52,625 bases of DNA from NCBI GenBank assembly GCA_963807635.1, contig CAWEDJ010000055.1, positions 1 to 52,625 on the forward strand, in the 5' to 3' direction. This DNA comes from an uncultured cyanobacterium (GTDB taxonomy: Bacteria > Cyanobacteriota > Cyanobacteriia > Cyanobacteriales > Microcystaceae). Position 1 is the stretch's first letter. The number at the start of each line of letters is the position of its first letter. Both the position numbers and the translations under genes were made by a program. Shown here piece by piece: positions 10,065 to 21,579 of this stretch. The notes under the pieces were generated by a model. That model made no database searches and had not been told where the DNA came from. It saw only the letters and a program-made list of their open reading frames with translations.

Positions 10065-10391
10065 TTAAGAAGCCAACTTATAACTAATATAACGATTAAG
10101 ACTCACATTTTCTTCCGCCGCTTCAATCACTAAACGACGGTGTAATTCTGGTGTAACTCTAACTTGAAACTTGCCACTATACTGTCTTTCTGAAATCGGT
10201 TCAGGCAAAAATTCCCCATTCGCTTTCATGTCTTCTACAACAGAGCGAACTAACTCAGTAATACCTTCAAGAGCTTGTAACCGATCCTCATGGAGATAGG
10301 ACAAACTGGGATATTCAGCACAAAGTCCCACATATTCTTGGTCTTCGACTGACCAAATAACCTTATAGACGTAGTGATCGGGATTAATCAT
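10065..10391 (-). CDS. hicB: HicB-family antitoxin
   Basis: WSVEDQEYVGLCAEYPSLS, YSGKFQVRVTPELHRRL..EAAEENVSLNRY. Confidence 0.88.
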   Translation of the reverse strand: MINPDHYVYKVIWSVEDQEYVGLCAEYPSLSYLHEDRLQALEGITELVRSVVEDMKANGEFLPEPISERQYSGKFQVRVTPELHRRLVIEAAEENVSLNRYISYKLAS

Positions 10392-10638
10392 TGCTCTGTG
10401 CCTCTAATTTTTCTATCGCAGATAAAATTTGCTTGACTTGATAGGGTTTCGCTTTGCCGTTTTTATTTTGGATATTAACGCGAGGATCGCCAGCCCAGGG
10501 CGTTTTATAAACACAGTGACTACTTCCTTGTTGTCTGGGTTCACCAAAGTAATGATTACAGACTTTAACTAGGTCTGCAAAACGCACATTTTGGGAGTTC
10601 TGTTGGAACTGGGCGACGAGTTTCGAGATAGACGTCAT
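10384..10638 (-). CDS. hicA: HicA-family toxin
   Basis: VRFADLVKVC..YFGEPRQQGSSH..KAKPYQVKQ; overlaps the hicB start. Confidence 0.85.
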   Translation of the reverse strand: MTSISKLVAQFQQNSQNVRFADLVKVCNHYFGEPRQQGSSHCVYKTPWAGDPRVNIQNKNGKAKPYQVKQILSAIEKLEAQSND

Positions 10639-11011
10639 AGAAAATTTATCTCAATTGTAGTGTCATTATTGATACTAGTCAACCGCGCTTTATCCCAGCG
10701 ATCGCAGTTGCCAATCCTGTTTTCAAGAGCGATCGCATTTTTAAGAAACAATTGACAATAGATAATTATTCCCGACTAACTATTAATTTATTGGCGATCG
10801 CTTCCATCCATTTCAATAAAAAATCAACGCCATCTATGAGCAAACCCTGACTAAAAAAATCCCAAAAAGATTCATAAGAGATAAAAATTATGATAGATTA
10901 ACGAATGTTAAAGAAATGATGATCTTTTTCTTAACAGAATTTAGCCTAGAACCGTAAGACTAAATCCCCCTACTCTTCATCTCACCTTGAATATCAGGAC
11001 TGGTTGCCCAA

Positions 11012-11224
11012 ATGTTCCTACTCTCTGTCGTCTCCCTTGCGATCGCGTCTGTTTCTGCATTTTTTAGCCTAAGTGTGCAAGAAGAAGTCGTAAAAGTCGC
11101 CCTAGCTTGTACTGCGGTTTTCGCCATTCTCCTAACCCTTATCTGTGCGCCCTGGTCTCTTAAGTTAACCCTAGTCGCCATTCCCTTCGTCATTGAGCGT
11201 GTTTATAGTCTTTCGCTTCGATAG
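11012..11224 (+). CDS. Small hypothetical membrane protein
   Basis: 70-aa ORF with two to three hydrophobic helices and an ATG start. Confidence 0.6.
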   Translation: MFLLSVVSLAIASVSAFFSLSVQEEVVKVALACTAVFAILLTLICAPWSLKLTLVAIPFVIERVYSLSLR

Positions 11225-11348
11225 GATTTTTCTATTCTCCATCTGATTTTTGGAATAGTCTCAGATATTTTGGGTTTATTAAACTTTTTTAGGCAAATAG
11301 CGGCTAATCTATTTAACTTCTTCCCTTACCTATTTGAGATAAGTTTTT

Positions 11349-11420
11349 GCCCCCCTAGCCCCCCAAGTTTGGGGGGAACCAATGCTTGGAAGTCCCCCAG
11401 AATTGGGGGATTTAGGGGGC
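11349..11420. repeat. Cyanobacterial GC-rich palindromic repeat (MITE/REP-like)
   Basis: GCCCCCCTAGCCCCCCAAGTTTGGGGGG...GTCCCCCAGAATTGGGGGATTTAGGGGGC nested inverted repeats. Confidence 0.75.
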
Positions 11421-11452
11421 GGTCACAACTCATAGAAATAATTCAGCAACGC

Positions 11453-12238
11453 CTAGTGTGTGTCTTCGGGAAAGCGTTTTTCTCTAACATCTGCTGAAAA
11501 TTGCTCAATTGCTCCATTAATCTCTGAGCGCAAGTTTAAGTAGGTTTTTGCAAAGGGCGGCGTTTTTTTGGATAATCCCAATAGATCCGCCGTTACCAAT
11601 ACCTGACCATCGCACCCCAATCCCGCTCCAATTCCAATGGTCGGAACAGGTAAACGCCGAGTGATAGTTGCCGCTAAGTCTGCGGGAATATGTTCCAATA
11701 CCAGGGCAAAGATCCCTGCTTCCGTTAAAGCGATCGCCTCTTGGAGGATTCGTTCTGCGGTATCGGCGGTTTTTCCCTGTTGACGGTAGCCCAATTGATT
11801 CACCGATTGCGGCGTTAGACCCACATGACCTATAACAGGAATACCGATTTCCACTAAACGAGCGACGGTTTCTATCATGCGGGGATGACCACCCTCTAGT
11901 TTGACTGCCTGAACTCCCGTTTCCTTGAGCATTCTCCCTGCTGAATGAATGGCTTGAGCAATACTTTCTTGATAACTCAAAAACGGTAAATCAGCCACAA
12001 TTAACGCTTTTTTTACCCCTCGACAAACGGCTTTTGTATGATGGATCATTTCATCAAGCGTAATCGGTAAGGTCGTGCTATGGCCCAAGGCAACCATTGC
12101 TAAAGAATCCCCCACCAGGATCACATCGACCCCCGCTTCATCAATTAAATTGGCGATCGCGTAATCCCAGGCAGTCAGGGCAACAATAGGGCGGTGTTGC
12201 TGTTTCCAATCAATTAATTGTTGGGGAGTAATAGGCAT
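11453..12238 (-). CDS. panB: 3-methyl-2-oxobutanoate hydroxymethyltransferase
   Basis: [41 protein letters not shown]. Confidence 0.96.
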   Translation of the reverse strand: MPITPQQLIDWKQQHRPIVALTAWDYAIANLIDEAGVDVILVGDSLAMVALGHSTTLPITLDEMIHHTKAVCRGVKKALIVADLPFLSYQESIAQAIHSAGRMLKETGVQAVKLEGGHPRMIETVARLVEIGIPVIGHVGLTPQSVNQLGYRQQGKTADTAERILQEAIALTEAGIFALVLEHIPADLAATITRRLPVPTIGIGAGLGCDGQVLVTADLLGLSKKTPPFAKTYLNLRSEINGAIEQFSADVREKRFPEDTH

Positions 12239-12306
12239 TCAAAGGAGATCCCCCAGAATGGGGAAATGTAGAGGGCTAGGGGGATAATCGTATTGAGAAT
12301 TGCTGC

Positions 12307-12995
12307 TTAATTGCGGGTCGCTTCCAAAATCCGAGAATAATAGAAACTGGTGCTGGTCATGGCTTGACGTTGCACACTAAAACCATTATTTTGCAGAATT
12401 TGGATGATATCTTCTTCTTTGTGTTGGTAGGCACGGGTAGTTTTACTGGGCAAGGGAATAAACTGCCAATTTTCTTTAATATCGTTAAATAAAGAGTTTT
12501 CGGGGCAAAGCTCAGGATTAAGCGAGATTCCGCTAAAGAAGCCAGATGACTGATCATTGTCACCGCTTCATCACTGGGATAATGAATCAAAACATCTAAA
12601 CAAATGACCGTGTGATATTTTCCCCCCAATCCTTCTAGATCCTGCACCATAAATCGGGGTAAATTCTTGAATCTTAGGGATTCTTCCGCTCTTTTTTGGG
12701 CTTCTTCCACCATTTTTTCGGAAATGTCACTGCCATACATCAATGCACCTTCCAAAGCCAGGGGAATACTGAGGCTACCCACTCCACAGCCCGCATCACA
12801 AATCGAAAGTCCTGACAAATTATCATCCGCTTTTAGCCAATCCACGACGGTATCAATGGTCTGCTGATGGCCAATCCGAATATCTTTTTGGACTTTATTG
12901 ACTTCTCCATCCCCGTAAATCCTTCGCCAACGGTCGAATCCCGTCGCATTAAAATAATCTTTAACAATGGTTTTATCGTCAATTGCATTAGCCAT
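12307..12995 (-). CDS. chlM: Mg-protoporphyrin IX methyltransferase (frameshift ~12450)
   Basis: VKDYFNATGFDRWRRIYG, DAGCGVGSL, CLDVLIHYP; C-terminal MTSTSFYYSRILEA lies in another frame. Confidence 0.93.
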
Positions 12996-13044
12996 AGTAG
13001 GGAAAAGAATGGGGCGAGAAAATTTCAAAACATTACCTACTTTA

Positions 13045-13977
13045 TCAGGTATTGCGGGCTTCTGAGCTAGTCTTTTTGATGCCAACTTTTTGCAAAAGGG
13101 TGAGAGGGCCAATTTGTTTCAATTGTTCCATCTGCTCTGCATCACGGACTAATAAGGCTCCTGCAAAACCGAGGGAATTGATTGAAATATCCTGATAACT
13201 TTCCTTCGATCGCGGAATAACCATCATCCATTCACGGGTCATCAGCAGGTTATAGGGGGCTGGTTTACCCGATTTTTGGGGATCTAGGTCAGTTTTGGTC
13301 AGTAATTGTTGATATTTTTCTAATAAAATGGGGGCAATCTCTAAGGGATTGATGGAGAAAATATCGGGACAAGCGGCGATCGCCTGGACAAAGGGAAACT
13401 GGGGAATAGTATTAATTTCTTTTTTTAAACAAACATCGGTCATCCAAGGTGAAATGGGCAGAGATAAACCCTGGGGAACTAACGGCAGGGGAACTAACTG
13501 TAGATGCTTATGGCGTTGGCTCGCTCCCGCTAACTTACCACTATTATAAAAAACGAGACCCTCAATTTCCCTTAAGGTCAGGGCAACCGCTAAAAAATCT
13601 GCTAAATTTAACTGATTTTCCTGTTCTTCAAAGTCACGGGTAATCATTAATAAATGGTGATCCACCGCATTAAATTTATTCAATAAACAAAGATGGGTAT
13701 CGGTTAGATCACTCACAAATAAATCTTCTTCGTAGGGCAGAAAAGGATTAAAGTTTTTTCCAGAGGATTTTTCTCGTTTTTTTTGTTCTTTTTTAGCCTC
13801 GTTTTTGCGTTGTAAATTCACTAAAATACGCACTAAAAATTGGATATCTCCTACCTCCAGCAATTCGTAATTGGTGGCAATAGATTGTAATGCGCCACAG
13901 TCGAGGGCAAATTCAGTTTGATCAATCAGTCGTTGCCAGAGGGTGCCAGGTTCTAAGAGAATTTTATTGAGGGACAT
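13045..13977 (-). CDS. ATP adenylyltransferase / Ap4A phosphorylase II
   Basis: NPFLPYEEDLFV, LLNKFN, FYNSG..AGASQRHKHLQ, INSLGFAGALLV. Confidence 0.9.
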   Translation of the reverse strand: MSLNKILLEPGTLWQRLIDQTEFALDCGALQSIATNYELLEVGDIQFLVRILVNLQRKNEAKKEQKKREKSSGKNFNPFLPYEEDLFVSDLTDTHLCLLNKFNAVDHHLLMITRDFEEQENQLNLADFLAVALTLREIEGLVFYNSGKLAGASQRHKHLQLVPLPLVPQGLSLPISPWMTDVCLKKEINTIPQFPFVQAIAACPDIFSINPLEIAPILLEKYQQLLTKTDLDPQKSGKPAPYNLLMTREWMMVIPRSKESYQDISINSLGFAGALLVRDAEQMEQLKQIGPLTLLQKVGIKKTSSEARNT

Positions 13978-14716
13978 AATCGGAGGGATTTACCTTGAGA
14001 ATAACTTCATTATCTTTAAATTGAAGATCCTGTAGATTTAATTCGTCAACATTGAGGTTCAAACTGTGCTGGAGGCGAGTTGGATCAACCCCTAATCTTT
14101 GGGCAACTTCCGAGAGAGTAAAAGTTAGGTTTCCAATTTTCACTTGACTATTATTCGGCAGAGTCAACTGACCATTTTTTAACTTGGGCTGTCCTTCAAT
14201 GCCAATATAAATATCCTGATCCTTTAATTGGGGAAATTTGCTGACGACTCTTGCGACCATTGCCTGTTGCCGACGCGGTAAATCGAGGGTTTTTAATTTA
14301 GCAGGATTAATCACCGTTCCTAGTTCTAGATTATTATTTTCCAGATTCGTTTGAATACGGGGTAGAACAGGGGGAATTTTGCGAGACTGTAATTGATTAG
14401 AAATTTCTGCTTGGAGTAACTGATTAAAATCCTGGGCATTCAAACTCACTGCAATGTCCTCTGGGATTTGATTCATTCCCTGATCTTGGATCGCAGTTTG
14501 TACTTTTTGCTGAATTTTTTGCTTTGTGGACGCGATCGCAGGGGTTACATCCGTTGAAGGCAGGGTTAGTTGGGGCGGTTGTGCAAAGCTTTGGGGATCG
14601 GAGGATTGCCCCTGAAACCAACTGGGCAAAGCGGTTGCCTGTGTCCAAAAGTAATAGGCGATACCTGCTCCCCCTGTTCCCAAGAGAATGACACCAATTA
14701 ATAATTTTTTAAACAT
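13964..14716 (-). CDS. Hypothetical membrane-anchored protein
   Basis: 250-aa ORF with N-terminal TM segment (YYFWTQATALPSW); overlaps the downstream gene. Confidence 0.8.
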   Translation of the reverse strand: MFKKLLIGVILLGTGGAGIAYYFWTQATALPSWFQGQSSDPQSFAQPPQLTLPSTDVTPAIASTKQKIQQKVQTAIQDQGMNQIPEDIAVSLNAQDFNQLLQAEISNQLQSRKIPPVLPRIQTNLENNNLELGTVINPAKLKTLDLPRRQQAMVARVVSKFPQLKDQDIYIGIEGQPKLKNGQLTLPNNSQVKIGNLTFTLSEVAQRLGVDPTRLQHSLNLNVDELNLQDLQFKDNEVILKVNPSDYVPQ

Positions 14717-15089
14717 AGATGATAATGGACTTGCTGGGATATAAGAGATAATAACAAAAAAAAGAAAGTAATCGTTTCAAGAGAAATCAGAAATGAGAGA
14801 TAGTTAAGATAAAGTCAAAAAATGAAATTGATTTTCGACGCTAAATATTGGGGATTTAAGATATTCTGTATAATTCTTCTAATAATAGATATTTAATCCT
14901 CTTAGGGGTTTGATTTCCAAATTCATGAAAATGAATAATTGGGAATTTTAATATTTAAAAAAATTAAGATGCAAAATTGAAATCTATTATAACAAATGTA
15001 TGAAAATTAGGATGATTAAAAAAGGGTTTGAGGATCGTAGGGAATAAGACGGATTTGGAGACCAAAACCCTATGAAAAAAAGCAAATGA

Positions 15090-17726
15090 CTAAATATTCT
15101 GGGAAGAAACAACTCGAAAACCAATACCACTGAAACGGATACCAGCTTTTTCCCCTGCTCTATAAGCTGAGCGACAACGCTCGGAATTATACTCCCATGA
15201 ACCTCCTCGCACAACAACAAAATCATCATCATTAAACTCTAAATTGCTAGAATAATCTTTGTTATTATCCTTTGCATAGTTATTTTTCCATTTATCTGCA
15301 CACCATTCCCAAACGTTACCACTCATGTCATATATTTCCCAATTGTTAGGATTTTTTTGTCCAACCAAGTGAGTTATTCCCTTCGCATTATTCTTATACC
15401 AAGCATAATTTTCTAGTTGCGTTTCATCGTCACCAAAATAATAACGAGTTTGGGTTCCCGCTCGACAAGCGTATTCCCATTCAGCCTCAGTTGGCAAACG
15501 ATAAATCTGACCTGACAATTGAGTTAATTTTTGACAAAATAACTGAGCATCATTCCAATTAACGTTCTCTACTGGATTTTTGGGATTCCCTTTAAAAGAG
15601 GACGGATTACTTTTCATTACAATTTCATATTGTTCTTGGGTAATGGGGTATTTGCCGATTTTAAACGCATTAACAAATACTTTATGGATCGGCTTTTCTC
15701 TGGTATTCTCATCCGATCCCATCATAAAGTTACCCGCAGGAATATCCACCATTTCTATATTAAAATCCGCAGACAAACCTGTTATTTGAACTTGAGCAGT
15801 TCGCGTTTGTTGATCTAGGTTAGTATTTTGTCGCACAACCTTTGGCGATACTTGTAACAACTTTTTGACGTTTACTTCTTTTAAACTAAATTTCCAATCA
15901 AGTATTGAATTATCAAGTCCTACTTCAAAATAACCACCATAAGCTAATAATTCTCTAAATTTGTCTTGATTAAGCCAATACAAGAGAGTGTTGCGATCCC
16001 TGTCAATAAACATTTCTTTTATACTTTGGTTGCAATCGTGTTGGGTTCTAAGTTGACATTTAAAACACTTTTCAAACAACTGATTGTCCGAATCTAACTC
16101 GAATAAAAATAAAGGCCATTTTAAGCTGATCGCTATAAATTTACCTAACTGTTCAAAGGTTAGGTGATCCTCAATAACATTACCGCCCCTACCTAATTCA
16201 TCAAATAGTCCTGTCTTTGAAGCAATAGAAACTTTGAGGCGAAACAGATTAAGAAATTGCTTAATGCGTCGCGGATTATAATCCAGTGCAGGAGCTACCA
16301 TCATTACTACATTACGCACGGTCTGAGAATCAGAATCAAAACTTAACTGAATTATTTCTGAGCGTTTGATTTCTATGGCTTGCTGTTGAACTTCTGCTGT
16401 TAGCTCCAAATTGGCTGTTATAGTCTCAGTTTGCTGAGTATTAGATGAAGGAATCTCCCCCATCTTCCCAGTCTTTTCTATTTTTCCTTTGAAAGGTTTT
16501 AGCATTCCTTGGAAAGGCTGTAGAATCCCCCCCAGCAACCCTTTGAAAGGGGGGAGAAGATTATGTTGGGTTTGAGAAATGGGATTTTTGTCGGATTCTG
16601 AAGTTTTGGAAGTGCCGAGTTGAATAATAAATTGCTTGAAATTATCTGGGGACGGTTGGGGAATTTGAAAAGGGAGTTGAACAAATTTTTCAATAAAAGT
16701 ATAACCGTAAGCTAAACCCTTATTTGTTGAATATCGCTCTAAAATATCAGGATCAATGTCACTATTTTCTGAGGGTAAATAACGAAAAATACTTTCATAT
16801 TTCACCGCTAAACTGGCCGCTACTTTTTCTCGATCCATTCCCAAAATAAAGACGACAGAGGGATCATCGGCAATCATCAAATTCATTGCTTGCATTAAAT
16901 CGGCAGATTTGGGATGTTCACAACGGTCTAGATCATCAATAAAAACATAAACCCGACTTTCACCAATATAAGCCTTCACAATTTTAGCAAAATCTTCATG
17001 AAATTCTTCAATAAAAGCCGATTGTTTTTTATAATCTGGAGCTTCTAGATATTTAATCAGGTTATTCTTCGGACTGACGAGTAATTTTTGAAAATTCCCG
17101 AATAAACTTCTGATACCCGCAATCAGTCCCGTTCCCGATAACGTTAAACCACCAACGGCAAATAGGAGATTAAAAGCCGCTCCAATTTGTTTCCATAAAT
17201 CGTCTTGAGAGGTTGTCACCCTAACCAGTTCATTAATCCCCTTCACTCCATAAATAGCCAGAATAAAGGGAATGGCGATCGCGGTACAAATCACAAAAAG
17301 AATTAATGGTAAGGCTTTTATTACCTCAAACAGGCCTTTTTCTCTGTTAAAACGCAAGTATTGTAATTTGCAATAACCTTTGATCGCTCTAGGTAAATCT
17401 TTGTAACCTTGAGGAGTAGAAATTTGCTTAATAAACGACAAGGCAAAGGCCGCCCAAACCGCTTCTGCTTTATCATGTCGCCAAGCATTGAACCAAACCG
17501 TGCGTTGTTTTCCCTTTTCCCGTAGATATTTCTCCAACTGCTTCATAAACGAAGACTTGCCACTGCCCCACTCTCCTTCAATCGAAAGCGTTAACGGGGG
17601 CTTAGTCTCTGGATTTAATAAAAATTCCGCGATCGCAATAACATAAGGCTCAAATCCAAGGGCATCAACATTAGCTGCCTGATCACCAACGCTAGTATTA
17701 CGAACAGATTCGGGAGAATAGGACAT
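15090..17726 (-). CDS. KAP-family P-loop NTPase fused to a C-terminal FGE-sulfatase (CLec-fold) domain
   Basis: GEWGSGKSS, WFNAW, two TM helices after Walker A, FIDDLDRC, NPRRIKQFLN; C-terminal RLPTEAEWEYACRAG, DMSGNVWEWC, RGGSW, GFRVV. Confidence 0.9.
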   Translation of the reverse strand: MSYSPESVRNTSVGDQAANVDALGFEPYVIAIAEFLLNPETKPPLTLSIEGEWGSGKSSFMKQLEKYLREKGKQRTVWFNAWRHDKAEAVWAAFALSFIKQISTPQGYKDLPRAIKGYCKLQYLRFNREKGLFEVIKALPLILFVICTAIAIPFILAIYGVKGINELVRVTTSQDDLWKQIGAAFNLLFAVGGLTLSGTGLIAGIRSLFGNFQKLLVSPKNNLIKYLEAPDYKKQSAFIEEFHEDFAKIVKAYIGESRVYVFIDDLDRCEHPKSADLMQAMNLMIADDPSVVFILGMDREKVAASLAVKYESIFRYLPSENSDIDPDILERYSTNKGLAYGYTFIEKFVQLPFQIPQPSPDNFKQFIIQLGTSKTSESDKNPISQTQHNLLPPFKGLLGGILQPFQGMLKPFKGKIEKTGKMGEIPSSNTQQTETITANLELTAEVQQQAIEIKRSEIIQLSFDSDSQTVRNVVMMVAPALDYNPRRIKQFLNLFRLKVSIASKTGLFDELGRGGNVIEDHLTFEQLGKFIAISLKWPLFLFELDSDNQLFEKCFKCQLRTQHDCNQSIKEMFIDRDRNTLLYWLNQDKFRELLAYGGYFEVGLDNSILDWKFSLKEVNVKKLLQVSPKVVRQNTNLDQQTRTAQVQITGLSADFNIEMVDIPAGNFMMGSDENTREKPIHKVFVNAFKIGKYPITQEQYEIVMKSNPSSFKGNPKNPVENVNWNDAQLFCQKLTQLSGQIYRLPTEAEWEYACRAGTQTRYYFGDDETQLENYAWYKNNAKGITHLVGQKNPNNWEIYDMSGNVWEWCADKWKNNYAKDNNKDYSSNLEFNDDDFVVVRGGSWEYNSERCRSAYRAGEKAGIRFSGIGFRVVSSQNI

Positions 17727-17820
17727 TTGCTAATTCTTGCATCTTTCTATGGTCATATTATTGATGATTTCAGTTGGTTTTGTCAATCATTAGCCCATTT
17801 ATCGGGGGAGAGGCGATTTC

Positions 17821-17848
17821 AAAAAAAAGCTCCCTATTGCTAGAGAGC
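17821..17848 (-). terminator. Intrinsic terminator after tkt
   Basis: Minus strand GCTCTCTA-GCAA-TAGGGAGC followed by T8. Confidence 0.75.
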
Positions 17849-17883
17849 CATACTGATTTCAGAATTTATTAACCTGAATCCAA

Positions 17884-19893
17884 TTAACCTAATAAAGCCT
17901 TAGCTTTAGCCAAAACATTATCTACTGTGAAACCAAATTTTTCTAAACAGGTTCCACCAGGAGCAGACGCACCAAAGGTATCAATACTGACCGTATCGCC
18001 TTCGGTTCCGACGTATTTGTGCCAACCAAAACTGCAAGCCGCTTCTACAGATAAACGTTTAGTAACCGCTTTCGGGAGAACAGACTCTTTATAATCCGCC
18101 GTTTGGGCTTCAAACAAATCCCAAGAAGGCATAGAAATCACCCGAACTTTCTTACCTTCAGCCGTAAGCTTTTCAGCCGCAGTGACACAAAGACTGACTT
18201 CTGAACCCGTTCCAATCAAGATTAGGTCAGGGGTTCCTTGGCTATCCACTAAAACATAGGCTCCTTTGCTGACTCCTTCAATGGAAGTTCCCGCTAAGTT
18301 AGGAACATTTTGACGGGTGAAAGCTAAAAGAGAAGGTTTGTTCGCCTTAGAATTTGCGATCGCGACTTTGTAAGCTCCAGAGGTTTCCGTACCATCACAG
18401 GGACGAATCACCGTGAGGTTAGGAATAGCTCGTAAAGACGCGATCGTTTCAATGGGTTGGTGGGTGGGGCCATCTTCGCCCTGACCGATGGAATCGTGGG
18501 TCATTACCCAAATGGAACCTGCTTGCGAAAGTGCGGATAAACGGATTGCAGCCCGCATATAATCGGTGAAAATCAAGAAAGTCGCACCGTAGGGAATTAA
18601 ACCCGAATTATGTAAGGCCATGCCGTTACAAATCGCGCCCATTGCGTGTTCCCGTACCCCGAAGTGGATATTACGGTTTTCATAATGGCCTTTTTGGAAG
18701 TCGCCTGAAGATTTAATTTCCGTCAAGTTGGAGTGGGTCAAATCGGCAGAACCACCAATTAATTCGGGAAGAACTGCCGCTAATTTGTTGAGGCAATTTT
18801 CAGAATGTTTACGGGTGGGTAAGCCTTTATCTTCGGGGGTATAGGTCGGTAAGACTTGATCCCAACCGTCGGGTAATTTGCCACTTAATAAACGCTCAAA
18901 TTCGGCGGCTTCGGCGGCATATTTCGCTTTATATTGGGCAAAAGCTTGATTCCATTCGGCTTCGTAGTTGGCTCCCCGTTCGACGGCTTTACGGGTATGT
19001 TTGAGGACATCATCAGGAATTTCAAAGGGGCCGTAGCTCCAACCCAAGCTTTCACGGGTTAGGGCGGTTTCGTCTGCACCCAAGGCCGCACCATGAACGC
19101 CTGCGGTATCAGCTTTGTTGGGGGAACCATAACCAATGGTAGTGGTGACTTTGATCATGGTCGGTTTATCGGTAACCGCTTTGGCTTCTTCGATCGCTTT
19201 GGCGATCGCGGCTAAATCCGTATTTCCATCTTTCACATGAAGAACGTGCCAACCGTAGGACTCAAAGCGTTTACTCACATCTTCGGTAAAAGCAACATCG
19301 GTAGAACCATCAATCGAGATGTGATTATCGTCGTAGAGAGCAATTAATTTGCCTAATCCCCAATGACCTGCAATGGAAGCCGCTTCCCCAGAAATCCCTT
19401 CCATGTTGCAACCATCACCCAAAATCACATAGGTATAATGGTCAACAATGGTGGCATCGGGTTTGTTGTATTTAGCGGCTAAATGGGCTTCAGCGAGGGC
19501 TAAACCGACACCGTTGGCAATCCCTTGCCAGGGGCCCGTGGTAACTTCTACTCCAGGAGTTTCAAAATTCTCAGGATGTCCTGGCGTTTTAGCACCCCAC
19601 TGACGAAATTGTTTAATATCTTCAATGGAAACGCTATCGTAGCCCGTTAGATAAAGTAAGGCATACTGCAACATGGAGCCGTGACCCGCCGACAACACAA
19701 AGCGATCGCGGTTAAACCACTGGGGATTTTTGGGGTTATAGCGCATGAATTTATCCCAGAGGACAAATCCCATTGGAGCGGCTCCCATCGGTAAGCCAGG
19801 ATGACCAGAGTTAGATTTATTAATCGCATCAACCGCCAAAAAACGGATGGAATTAATGCAAAGTTCTTCAAGGGACTGGGTAGCAACAACCAT
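17884..19893 (-). CDS. tkt: Transketolase
   Basis: [49 protein letters not shown]. Confidence 0.97.
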   Translation of the reverse strand: MVVATQSLEELCINSIRFLAVDAINKSNSGHPGLPMGAAPMGFVLWDKFMRYNPKNPQWFNRDRFVLSAGHGSMLQYALLYLTGYDSVSIEDIKQFRQWGAKTPGHPENFETPGVEVTTGPWQGIANGVGLALAEAHLAAKYNKPDATIVDHYTYVILGDGCNMEGISGEAASIAGHWGLGKLIALYDDNHISIDGSTDVAFTEDVSKRFESYGWHVLHVKDGNTDLAAIAKAIEEAKAVTDKPTMIKVTTTIGYGSPNKADTAGVHGAALGADETALTRESLGWSYGPFEIPDDVLKHTRKAVERGANYEAEWNQAFAQYKAKYAAEAAEFERLLSGKLPDGWDQVLPTYTPEDKGLPTRKHSENCLNKLAAVLPELIGGSADLTHSNLTEIKSSGDFQKGHYENRNIHFGVREHAMGAICNGMALHNSGLIPYGATFLIFTDYMRAAIRLSALSQAGSIWVMTHDSIGQGEDGPTHQPIETIASLRAIPNLTVIRPCDGTETSGAYKVAIANSKANKPSLLAFTRQNVPNLAGTSIEGVSKGAYVLVDSQGTPDLILIGTGSEVSLCVTAAEKLTAEGKKVRVISMPSWDLFEAQTADYKESVLPKAVTKRLSVEAACSFGWHKYVGTEGDTVSIDTFGASAPGGTCLEKFGFTVDNVLAKAKALLG

Positions 19894-20001
19894 AATGAAT
19901 TAGGGAATGAATTTTAAAGATAGGACAGTTGGTTAAATTTAAGGTCGAGGGGTCGCTAGGAGACTAAAGTTTGACTCTATCTTCCCACCATAGGGGATTC
20001 G

Positions 20002-21251
20002 TTAACGATATTTTTTAAAGGCTAACGTTACGTTATGACCGCCAAAGCCAAAGGAGTTGGACAAGGCTACTTCGACGGGTAAAGCGCGACTAACATGGGG
20101 AACGTAATCTAAATCACATTCGGCATCGGGATTTTCTAAATTAATCGTCGGTGGAACCTGATCATTGGCGATCGCCATCACGGTGGCAACGGCTTCAATC
20201 CCGCCCGATCCGCCCAAAAGATGGCCCGTCATTGATTTAGTCGAACTGACCACCAGATTATGGGCATGACTTCCCAGGGCTTTTTTGATGGCATTGGTTT
20301 CTGTCACATCATTGGCAGGGGTGCTAGTTCCATGAGCATTGATATAACTCACTTCTTCTGGTGATAAACCCGCATCTTGGAGAGCCAACTCGATCGCCCT
20401 GGTCGCACCTTGGCCGCCTGGGACAGGCAAAGTCATGTGGTAAGCATCACAGGTCATACCATAACCCACCATTTCTGCATAAATTTTTGCCCCTCTTGCT
20501 AAGGCATGGTCGAGTTCTTCGAGTAATAAAATTCCCGCGCCTTCTCCCATGACAAAACCATCTCGGTCTTTATCAAAGGGACGACAGGCATGGAGCGGAT
20601 CGTCATTACGGAAAGACAACGCCCTAGCTGAAGCGAATCCTGCTACGGAAATATGAGTCACCGCCGCTTCCGTCCCACCACAGATCATGGCTTTGGCATA
20701 GCCGCCTTGGACTAAACGAAAGGCATCTCCAACGGCATTTGCTCCTGCGGCACAGGCGGTTACCGTACAGGAATTAGGGCCTTTGGCTCCGAGATTAATA
20801 GCCGTCAAACCAGCGGCCATGTTGGCGATCATCATGGGAATCATGAAGGGACTACAACGACTAGGGCCTTTCGTGAGGTAGATTTCTTCTTGATCTTCTA
20901 AGACTTTGATGCCCCCAATCCCCGTGCCAATCAAAACACCGATCTGATCTGCATTGAGGTCATTGATGACAAATTGGGCATCCGCGATCGCCTGTTGACT
21001 GGCCACCACCCCAAATTGAGAAAAGCGATCCATCCGCTTGGCTTCCTTGCGGTCTAGAAATTGAGTGGGATCAAATCCCTTCACTTCCCCTGCAAACCGA
21101 CAGGCGTGCTTAGATGCGTCAAAATGGGTAATCGGCCAATGCCATTGGCTCCTGCCAATAATCCCTGCCAGTATTCCTCTAGGGTGTTACCGATGGGCGT
21201 AATTGAGCCTAAGCCTGTGACAACCACTCGTTTTTTGGCTAAATTTGTCAT
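20002..21251 (-). CDS. fabF: Beta-ketoacyl-ACP synthase II (frameshift ~21090-21130)
   Basis: RVVVTGLG in ORF 21081..21284; [31 protein letters not shown] in ORF 20002..21084. Confidence 0.95.
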
Positions 21252-21339
21252 GATCCTCGTTCGTATTGGGGCTGATTGACCCAAAATGCAGATAAAAAAG
21301 GTGAAGTTAAGACGTTAGGAGGTAAAAATTGAGATGAAT

Positions 21340-21579
21340 TTAGGAAATAGCTTCTTCGATATGCTTAACCGCCTTTTCAACGGTATCAATTTGTTCAGCG
21401 ACTTCATCGGGAATTTCGATATCAAAAGCTTCTTCCAAGGCCATGACCAGTTCAACGGTATCGAGGGAATCGGCTCCGAGATCATTGGCAAAACTCGCTT
21501 CAGGCTTCACAGCTTCGGCTTCAACGTCTAATTGTTCGACAACAATTGTTTTTACTTTATCAAAAATATCTTGGTTCAT
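21340..21579 (-). CDS. acpP: Acyl carrier protein
   Basis: [18 protein letters not shown]. Confidence 0.97.
   Translation of the reverse strand: MNQDIFDKVKTIVVEQLDVEAEAVKPEASFANDLGADSLDTVELVMALEEAFDIEIPDEVAEQIDTVEKAVKHIEEAIS

Noticed and set aside
11270..11497. 75-aa ORF spanning the GC-rich palindrome
   Set aside because: TTG start, content derived from the repeat, and overlaps the panB end on the opposite strand.
15090..15230. DGR variable region at the end of the FGE domain (RGGSW...GFRVV)
   Set aside because: No template repeat or reverse transcriptase in the window. Many codons at normally variable positions end in A/G (GAG, GCA, GGG, GAA, AAA), unlike AAY-derived codons. A remote DGR cannot be fully excluded.
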